A stretch of 29,582 nucleotides of DNA from the NCBI RefSeq assembly GCF_006345805.1, contig NW_021832688.1, forward strand, positions 1 to 29,582. The letters run 5' to 3'. Positions 21,171 through 29,582 of the stretch are shown here, piece after piece. The notes below the pieces were generated by a model, which saw only the letters and a list, made by a program, of their open reading frames with translations, made no database searches and was not told the DNA's origin. This DNA comes from Octopus sinensis. Lineage: Eukaryota. Within the stretch, counting starts at the first letter, position 1. Each line of letters opens with the position of its first letter. A program made the position numbers and the translations under genes.

Positions 21171-21989
21171 GAAATTAGTGCCAGTGCAAGCACTTTATTT
21201 TTAAAGCACACATCAGGCATATGTTAACATATTAGCAATGAGAAAGCGCTCTAATCGATGTCTACCTATATACATACATATATGCAGGGTAGCCATGTAC
21301 TTTCTCTACAGCGACACACCTCTGCCTGTCTCTCTATCATACTACAGGTTAGGATGAAGCCACCTCTCTCACTACTAGCAGTCCACTCATCCTTGAAATT
21401 TACTTTTTAATTTTACTAGTGTCAGTGTTACCAAAACTTTTCTCAGACATAGAAACCATGTGAAAACAAACATTAGATGTACGTGTAGTAATTCATGTCA
21501 GATAGTGTGAAATAGTCCAACCCATGACAACATGAAAAACGAATGTTAAATGATGATGACACACATACACGTTAATTGTATTTCTTATATTAATTTCAAT
21601 AATTAATTTGTTTCTATTTATAAATAAAAACAATTGATTTCGCATGAGAATGATTAGTTTGATGATTTGTGGAAGCAATGTACTGTGTAAATGTAAGGAC
21701 AACTGTATTTATTAAACAAGTGTATTTCATGATTCGACACATAGATAAAACTTGACTTTCAAATGTTGGTTGATATTTTGCTTGTTTGCATATCATGCCT
21801 TGTATTATAGATCCCAAATGGCCAAAGGTAAGTGGTTTTTCTTATTTTGGTGTGGGTTTGCTGTTAGGATTGGTTTTCAGAGTTTAGTCTATATTAGGGT
21901 TAGCTTGAGGATTTGTGAAGGGTTTTTAGAGAGAATAGTCAAGTAAGAGATCAAAGTTTGAACTAGGGGTTAGGATTTGGGGTGATGAG

Positions 21990-22520
21990 GAGGGTAGAGA
22001 TTGAACAGGTTTATTTATAGTGTTGATGACTGTTTTATATCGGGTTTAGCATTGAAAAGCAGGGATGAGGGCTGGGTGCTTAGATAAGATGCGGATGTCA
22101 AGTTAACCCAAGTTATCTCCATGGTGGTCTTTGGCATGTTGGTAGAGTATAGAAGACTGTTTTCTGTCGTCAAGTTGTCTTAGATGTTCATTTATCCGTT
22201 CCGCAATGCTCTTGGACGTCTCCTCTATGTACATCATGTTCATGTCTTTACAAGCACCTTCTATGCATCTTATATTGTAAACTACATTTCGAGTTCTACA
22301 GTTAATACCAGGGCTAATTCTACATGCCATGCAGTTATCAATTGTGCATATGGTATTCTTAAACGGGCATGTCCTTCATAATTGTGACCTGATGGAGTTC
22401 CTTGGCTTTTCAACAATTTTAATGTTGAGTTTGGTCTCTTTCAGAGCTTTTCTAAATCTACTGGCTAGTTCTCCATGGGCTGTGGCCACTACAAATATCA
22501 CTCCTTGAATTTTTACTGGT
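21990..22520 (-). mobile_element. Penelope-like element fragment (linker and GIY-YIG endonuclease)
   Basis: VATAHGELASRFRKAL...IKIVEKP, then C-x2-C...CRTRNVVYNIRC...MYIEETSKSIAERINEH...ILYQHAKDHHG. This fits the PLE GIY-YIG pattern (VVY.I.C...YIGET...R..EH). Confidence 0.85.
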
Positions 22521-22594
22521 GAGTGTGTATTTAATAGTAAGGCACTAAAAGAGAAAGACTCTCCCCAGACACAACAGAATATACACTGTTTTCG

Positions 22595-22760
22595 CTAATT
22601 ACTCTTTCACTCACTTTTGCTACTTTCAGTTATTTGACTGTGGCCATGTTGGAGCACCGCCTTCAGTCAAACAAATAGAGCCCAGGACCTATTCTCTTTT
22701 GCTGAACCGTTCAGTTACAGGTGCGTGAAAACAGCAGCATCGTTTGTCAAGCAATGTTCG
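22595..22760 (-). mobile_element. SINE (family B)
   Basis: TTTCAGTTATTTGACTGTGGCCATGTTGGAGCACCGCCTTCAGTCAAACAAATAGAGCCCAGGACC. Confidence 0.75.
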
Positions 22761-22806
22761 ATGGATAAAGAGGCATACAAACGTATATGTATGTATATAT
22801 ATATAT

Positions 22807-23961
22807 TGTTACGACGGGTGGGACCTCCGAAAACTGTACGGAATCCCTCAGACAGGCCCGACTTGATCAGCGAATGTTCTCGCCACGGAAACTCGTCGGA
22901 GAGGAGAGGAGAGACACAACAACAACAACCGCAGCAGCACAGAAAGATACAGAGGCACAGAGGCAAGGCAAAACGGCAACACTGGCTTATATTCAACAAC
23001 TAGTTTATACGACAATCAATGGTTACAACATCAAAGCATTTAAGGCAAACATTTAAAGGAGGACATGCACGTGACTACTCAATACAACAGTCCGGTAACG
23101 ACACAACAAGTCATATATATCAGCAACAGATCAAAGCATTTAAACATGCATGTACAATATAACAGCGTTCATAGACAAACAAGTTCAGATCACATAATGT
23201 TCACGATACGTCACAGTCCATTCAGAACACTTCGATACATTATACAATGTTCGCATCACAACAATTCACGTTACAATTCAAAGTTCATTATCGTCTACAT
23301 CAGAGTCCTTCTTTTTCTCTCTTCTTTCTCTCCTTTTCTTTTCACTGTCTCTTTACATCGTGACACGTATCAATACATAATCACATACCTTAATTCCTAA
23401 CTGAATCGCCAGTGTCCCATCTTGCACTCCACCTCTCCCTCAATACTGGTACTCCAGCTTGCCAAACTCCTGCATCCCAACGCTTGCTCCCAAGATTCCA
23501 CCTCCTCCTTGTCCTGACTTCCAAGATCCGACTGTCCTTCTTCGACGACCGACTCCAACTGCCAAAACCTCACTTCGTCTCTCTCTTCCCCACTACCGCT
23601 TATACCCTCTCTATTTGCCCTCTGCCCTTACTGCCTATCTCTCGCCTGCTGCCTATCACCCTCTCATGACAGCTCTACCATACTCTCTGCCTGTCCTTCT
23701 CTGCCCCCTCATCCTCTCTCACTGCTAATTCTTCCTCACATCTGTCCCTTAGCCTTATACTCTATCTCTCTTACTACTTTTCTTCTCTCTTCTTCAAGGG
23801 GTGTTTAGAACGACCTCTAATCGACCGCACAAGGCCAGAAAGGTCCATCCAAAAGCCATCAGTCTCCCAGTAAACAAAGGACTGTCTATTTCCTTCCAGA
23901 CGTGCCGGTACCACACTCAAAGTGGGTCACCAAGAACTGCACTTAGCCAAAATCCATAACA
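22807..23961. mobile_element. Solo LTR (1155 bp)
   Basis: Starts TGTTACG and ends CATAACA (TGTTA/TAACA inverted termini), flanked by ATAT on both sides. It is more GC/CpG-rich than its flanks and has no pol remnants. Caveat: the TSD lies inside a TA microsatellite. Confidence 0.75.
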
Positions 23962-23978
23962 ATATGTATATATATATA

Positions 23979-24215
23979 TTGTTATATTTCGGAATGGTCA
24001 TATTGCCAGTTTAGCCAATAAAAACACACGCACTATATATTTGGTGTTATTTTGCTTCAGTGATATTTATTTTTTACATTAATCTTAATCTTATTTCGGC
24101 CAAAGTTCTTTCGTCACACTCCTGTGACCGCATCAGTGGTCCTTTGTTTTCTTCTCACTTATTTGTGTCTCTCCTTACTAACCGTCAGCCATTTTGTATC
24201 AAGTTGAGCCCTCAT
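23979..24215 (-). mobile_element. Penelope-like terminal repeat containing a minimal hammerhead-like motif
   Basis: Motif at 24098-24142 (see the ncRNA feature). Confidence 0.5.
24098..24142 (-). ncRNA. Minimal type I hammerhead-ribozyme-like motif (variant core)
   Basis: Minus strand reads GGACCA-CTGATGCG-GTCAC-AGGAGT-GTGAC-GAAA-GAAC-TT-TGGCC: stem I, CUGAUG core, perfect 5-bp stem II, GAAA, short stem III, NUH (CUU). Confidence 0.5.
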
Positions 24216-24449
24216 TGTTTGTATGCAAATGAGTTCATTAATGGGGTCCGGAACTTTCACAGCCAGTTCCCATAAGACAATGCAACCACCTTGGGTATAG
24301 GTGGACTGTGCTCACACACGCACAAACACCCACACACGTCCGCACTCACGAATATAGATACATGCAAAGACACAATCTCGTACCTATTTATGTTTTAATA
24401 TGTTGACCTTAAAACTGAGACATTCTGGAAACACGTATATTTGGGTGTG

Positions 24450-24760
24450 AGTGTTTGGATGTGTAACTGTATTTTTCATTTCTATTTGTGTGTTTGTGCA
24501 TGTGTAGGTATGTAACTGTTTTCGTTTCAGTGTTTGTGTGAATATGTAGCTGTGTATTTTCATTTCTTTGTGTTTGTGTGCGTGGGACTGTTTTTATTTG
24601 TGTGTGTTTGTTTGTGTACGTGGGACTGTTTTTATTTGTGTGTGTGTAAAAGTGTGTGTTGGCATTTTCATTTCAGTGTTTGTGTTTGTGTGAATGTTTT
24701 TATTTCTGTGTGTACGTGTGTGTGATCGACTGTGTTTTTATTCATTTGTGTGTGTGCGAC
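24450..24760. repeat. Degenerate (GT)n-rich minisatellite
   Basis: Repeated TTTGTGTGTTTGTGTGCGTGGGACTGTTTTTATTTG-like units. Confidence 0.8.
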
Positions 24761-25194
24761 AATTACAGCTACAACAAACACTTTAAGCATCTCCAAGATA
24801 CCCACATTTGCAGATCCCTAAGTTCTAAATGAAACGAAGTTCAATTTATTGCACCTTTAGCGACTTCAGATTTGCGAGTGTTAGGCACCCAATGCCCACC
24901 GTATCTACATACCTGGATCGGCCATAATTGGCCTCATTCGGAGATCTCTCGGGTGTAGAATATTTATGACTATAGAAGTTAACTTGTTACAGGTTTTGTT
25001 TATGGCTCAACTTTTGTAGATTTTGGGAAGTTCATAGATGTTACTGGCTTTGCAGTGAAATCTAGTCAAGCAATTTGTCTCTTTTTTTGTTAAACCGTGT
25101 TGGAACTGGTGGATAAGAGTAGACAGTTTGGTCATTATCTTCGATTGACTGTAGTTGTTGATGTTTTAACCGATACAGGTGTGTTTACTCCCTG

Positions 25195-25297
25195 TATTTT
25201 AGCGGTTTGGCAAAAGAGAATAAGTTAGAATAAATAATAGGCTTATAAAGAATAAGTGCTGCAGACGATGTGCTAGACTAAAGGCGGTGTTCCAGTA
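25195..25297 (+). mobile_element. SINE (family B, partial)
   Basis: GCGGTTTGGCAAAAGAG...TAGGCTTATAAAGAATAAGT...AAAGGCGGTGTTCCAG is the reverse complement of family B. Confidence 0.65.
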
Positions 25298-25675
25298 TAT
25301 ATATATATATATATGTATATATATACACATACAGATATACGTGTATATACCCACACACGCATATATCCTATCTAAAACAAAAAAAAAACTTGATTATGTC
25401 CGAAGAGTAGTACTAGATAACATTATTACTTTATATATTTGTGGCGTATAGTGAAATGTAAATGATCAGCTAGTCAATGTTTATTTGCTAAAGGTACCAG
25501 CAGATTACTTGGATGTGTATGTGTCTCTGTTGGTGTGCGCATGGTAGTGTCTCCTTTCACAGGTGTAAAACGGACACACCTATTACAGAAATTGCAACAT
25601 GAAAGGTATTATATGACGTTTAGGAGATATTTTCAGCTATCCCCCTAGTGAACAGGTTATAGACTTTTGTTGCTA

Positions 25676-25858
25676 TTTACTCTTTTACTCTCATTTACTT
25701 GTTTCAGTCATTTAACTGTGGCCATGCTGGAACAACACCTTCAGTGGAGCATATCGACCCAGGACTTATTCTTTGTAGGCCTAGTACTTATTCTATCAGT
25801 CTTTTTCGCTGAACCTGTAAGTTACGGGGACGTAAACAGACTAGTATCAGTTGTGTAG
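25676..25858 (-). mobile_element. SINE (family B)
   Basis: Same sequence as 13845-13994; near-identical inverted copy at 27527-27710. Confidence 0.85.
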
Positions 25859-26365
25859 CGATGTTTGAGGACAAACACAGAAACACACATATATATACAC
25901 ACACACACACATACATGTATATAAAAGCACGTAGTCGCACACACAGAAATGGAAACAGATACATCTAACCCTAACTAATTGTTACATCTTCCTTTGGCAT
26001 TTAAACTTACAGCACTTAAAGGTAAAAGTGAATCTCAAACCAAGGAAAGTAACTACTGCTACATCCCTTACTTGACAAGAGTTACATCCGTTGATTGATA
26101 CTAATACAATTTAACGTTAGGAAACGTAAATAGTGTTTGAATAATAATAGGCTCTATGGGATGTATGGAGAGTTTCCTTTCTTACAAGTATATAATACTA
26201 AAAGTAGTTAAAGAAAGGAATTTTACTAATACCTCTCGGAAACTGTAAGGGATGTAACGAAAGTTCTTTCCCTTCCATTGAGAAAACTTGCATCTGTATG
26301 TCTGATGGTTCATGCGTGCATGCTCGTGTGCCATTCGAGGGTGAACAAACACATAAACATATATA

Positions 26366-26696
26366 CGACGGGATTCTTTCAGTTTCCTTCCACCAAATCC
26401 AATCACAAGGATTTTGTCGGCCCGGGGCTACAGTAGAAAACAATTGGACAAGATGTGAGGCAGTGGGAATGAAACTGAAACCATGTGGTTCGTAAGCACA
26501 CTACTTACCACATAGCCATCCCTACGCCGATATTCATATATACGACGGGCTTCTTTTAGTTTCCCCCTACCAACCCTACTCAGAATACTTTGGTCGGCCC
26601 GGGGGTATAGTTGAATACACTTGCCGAAGGTGCCACGCTGTTGGATGGAACCCAGCACATTGCAGCTGGTGAGCAAACACTCTCACAGACAATCCC
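26366..26696 (-). mobile_element. Two tandem tRNA-derived SINEs (family A)
   Basis: Two copies of CGACGGG..TCTTT.AGTTTCC...CAC..GG...TGGTCGGCCCGGGG.TA.AGT...GCAGTGGGA.TGAA. Confidence 0.8.
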
Positions 26697-27019
26697 GCGC
26701 GCAAACAGACACAGAGATGAAAGCACACATATTGGCTGACCCAGACACTCATAAAATTTCTTCAGAGTGTCACGGTTTTAAGGTCAACATATTTAAAACA
26801 TGAAATAGCTTTGCATGTATCTATGTGGATGTGTGCGGAAGTGTGGGTATTTGTGCGTGTGTGAACACAGTCCACACATACCCAATGTTGTCGCATCGGC
26901 TAATGTGACCCAACCGCGAAAGTCTGTTTCACCCACGAGACTTCCGGACCCCATCAACGAACTCATTTGCATACAACCAATCAGAGCTCATGTTGAACTT
27001 GTCAGTTTAACAAACATGA

Positions 27020-27347
27020 TTTTCTTTGTGGGAAGTAGCTTGGTTACTAACCACATGGTTCCGGGTTCAGTCCCACTGCGTGGCACATTGTGCAACTGTT
27101 TTCTATTATAGCCTTGTGCCGACCAAAGCCTTGTGAGTGGGTTTGTTGACGGATATTGAATGAAGACTGCATGCATATGTAAATATATAGTCGCAGGAGT
27201 GCTTTGTAGTAAGTATATTGCTTACCAAAGACATGGTTTCTGGTTCAGTCCCACTACGTGGCACCAATGGCAAGTGTTCTACTATAGCCTCGGACAGACC
27301 AAAGCTTTGTGACTGGATTTAGTACACAGAAACAGAAAAGCTTGTCA
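27020..27347 (+). mobile_element. Two tandem tRNA-derived SINEs (family A)
   Basis: B-box-like GGTTCAGTCCC (27064-27074 and ~27242), then ACT.CGTGGCAC...TCTA.TATAGCC...GACCAAAGC.TTGTGA.TGG. Confidence 0.85.
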
Positions 27348-27526
27348 TATATATGAAAATATATATACATGTATGTATGTGTGTGTGTGTATTTATATGT
27401 CGTATATAGCGTCGTATATATATATATATGTATATATATATATGTATATATATACACACACACATACATGTATATAAAAGCACGTAGTCGCACACACAGA
27501 AATGGAAACAGATACATCTAACCCTA

Positions 27527-27710
27527 CACAACTGATACTAGTCTGTTTACGTCCCCGTAACTTACAGGTTCATTGAAAAAGACTGATAGAATAAGTACTA
27601 GGCCTACAAAGAATAAGTCCTGGGTCGATATGCTCCACTGAAGGTGTTGTTCCAGCATGGCCACAGTTAAATGACTGAAACAAGTAAATGAGAGTAAAAG
27701 AGTAAATAGC
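27527..27710 (+). mobile_element. SINE (family B)
   Basis: Inverted, near-identical copy of 25676-25858 with a GAGTAAAAGAGTAAA tail. Confidence 0.85.
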
Positions 27711-28067
27711 GACAAAAGTCTATAACCTGTTCACTAGGGGGATAGCTGAAAATATCTCCTAAACGTCATATAATACCTTTCATGTTGCAATTTCTGTAAT
27801 AGGTGTATCTGTTTTACGCCTGTGAAAGGAGACACTACCATGCGCACACCAACAGAGACACATGTTTTAGATATACCTACAGATATACGTGAATATACCA
27901 ACACACGGATATGTAGTATCTAAAACAAAAAAGAAAGGGATGGAATAGGAGTTCTTTCCGTTTTATTAACAAAACTTGCATCTGTATGTGTGATTGTACG
28001 TGCGTGCATTCTCGTGTGCCCTTCGAGTACGAACAAACACACTCACACACACACATTTAAACATATA

Positions 28068-28395
28068 TACGACGAGATTCTATCAGTTTCCTTCCACTAA
28101 ATCCCATCACAAGGATTTTCTAGGCCCTGGGCTACAATAGTAGACAATTGCAGAAGATGACAGGCAGTGGGAATGAACCCGAAACCATGTGGTTCGTAAG
28201 CAAACTACTTACAACATAACCATTCCTACGTTGATATTTATATATACGACGGGCTTCTTTAAGTTTCCCTCTACAAACTCCACTCAGAATACATTAGTCG
28301 GCCCTAGGCTATAGTCGAATACACTTGCCGAAGGTGCAACGCTGTTGGTTTGAACTCAGCACATTGCGGTTCGTGAGCAATCATTCTCACAGAAA
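28068..28395 (-). mobile_element. Two tandem tRNA-derived SINEs (family A)
   Basis: Direct paralog of 26366-26696. Confidence 0.8.
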
Positions 28396-28774
28396 TGCGC
28401 GCACAAACAGACACAGAATGTCACGGTTTAAAGGTCAACATGTTTAAAATATAAATAGCTACGAGGTTGCGTATATGCACGTATCTATGTGCATGGGTGC
28501 GGACGTGTGTTTCCAGAATGTCGCAGTTTTAAGGTCAACATATTTAAAACATAAATAGGTACGAGATTGCGTCTTTGCATGTATCTATATTCGTGGGTGC
28601 GGACGTGTAGGTGTTTGTGCGTGTGTGAGCACAGTCCACCTATACCCAAGGTGATTGCATTGTCTTATGGGAACCAGCCGTGAAAGTTCCGGACCCCATT
28701 AATGAACTCATTTGCATACAAACAACTAGGGCTCACCTTGAACTTGTCCGGTTAACAAACAGTAGTGCCTGAAT

Positions 28775-28917
28775 GGGAATTAGCTTGCTTCCCTAACAAA
28801 TATTTCCGAGTTCAGTCTCACTGGGTGGCATGTTGGGCAAATGTCTTCTACTATAGTCTCGGGCCGACCAAAGCCTTGTGAGTGGATTTGGGAGACGGAA
28901 GCTAAAAGAAGACTGTC

Positions 28918-28959
<42 letters not shown>

Positions 28960-29125
28960 GTATGTAGCAGTAAGAGTGGCTGTGGTATGTAGCTTGCTTT
29001 CCAAACACGGTGATTCTTGTACAGTCCAACTACGTGGCCCCATGGGCAAGTGTCTTCCAATATAGCCTCGGACAGACCAATATTTCTGAGTAGATTTGGT
29101 ACACGGAAACAGAAAGTAGCCCGTG
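28775..29125 (+). mobile_element. Two tandem tRNA-derived SINEs (family A) separated by (TA)n
   Basis: A-box-like GTGGCTGTGGT (28977). The body TGGGCAA.TGTCTTC.A.TATAG.CTCGG.C.GACCAA occurs twice. Confidence 0.8.
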
Positions 29126-29367
29126 GTATATAGATAGGTATGTGTATATATATATATATATTAGAAAAATTGAGGTAATCAGATCAGATGGTTCATATTT
29201 GTAGATATTTATTTATATATTACATTTTTTACATATATATCATATCATTCGGATTAGCGCTTGCTCCCATTCTAGTGGGTTTTCAAATCAAATCAGTTGT
29301 GGGTAGTTTGAACCTTTTTATAGTTTCGTAGTAGTGGGTGAGGAGGAAGTGAGACAGAGAGAAAATA

Positions 29368-29370
29368 TGT

Positions 29371-29406
<36 letters not shown>

Positions 29407-29423
29407 GTGTGTGTGTGTGTGCG
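29368..29423. repeat. (GT)n microsatellite
   Basis: Directly visible run. Confidence 0.95.
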
Positions 29424-29582
29424 CATTTATATCTGAGAGTGAAGAAGTGTTATTTCCGTTGGTTTGCTGGACCCCCTGTGGTTTTATAAGAACTTTGGCT
29501 GTCCATTTCAATGTCACTGAGTGTGTGTTGTGCATAGGTTGGCCTGGCAAATGTCATTTGGGGTCACACTTTCTATGATCAT

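Noticed and set aside
21850-21985. TTAGGG-like words suggesting interstitial telomeric repeats
   Set aside because: These are isolated, non-tandem hexamers in G/T-rich sequence.
23412-23728. Pro/Leu-rich overlapping ORFs
   Set aside because: They derive from the CT-rich interior of the solo LTR.
25667-27715. Two near-identical 63-aa hydrophobic ORFs (25667+ and 27524-)
   Set aside because: Both are translations of the duplicated family B SINE, not a peptide gene pair.
27020-29125. tRNA genes (A/B-box motifs)
   Set aside because: The boxes belong to SINE heads followed by SINE body; no cloverleaf can be drawn.

Overview
AT-rich, repeat-dense eukaryotic genomic DNA. The SINE, LINE and microsatellite complement resembles octopus/coleoid cephalopod DNA (inference from recognised repeat families, not a database search). 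The only host gene I can support is the 3' end of glutamate-cysteine ligase catalytic subunit (GCLC): five + strand exons, 7725-11398. As written it has a 1-nt frame discrepancy between the last two exons. Most of the rest is transposon-derived: a Helitron with both ends, an R4/Dong-like RLE LINE, three RTE LINE fragments, a Tc1 element with TIRs, a deleted Gypsy element inserted in the YADD codons of an RTE, a solo LTR, Penelope fragments and many SINEs. Points worth a second look: (i) several minimal hammerhead-ribozyme-like folds; (ii) long inverted repeats in the GCLC intron and just behind its stop codon; (iii) an orphan promoter and first exon followed by a stop-interrupted exon-like frame; (iv) a locally rearranged 24-29 kb region with a microhomology junction. 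Coordinates of degenerate repeats are approximate.
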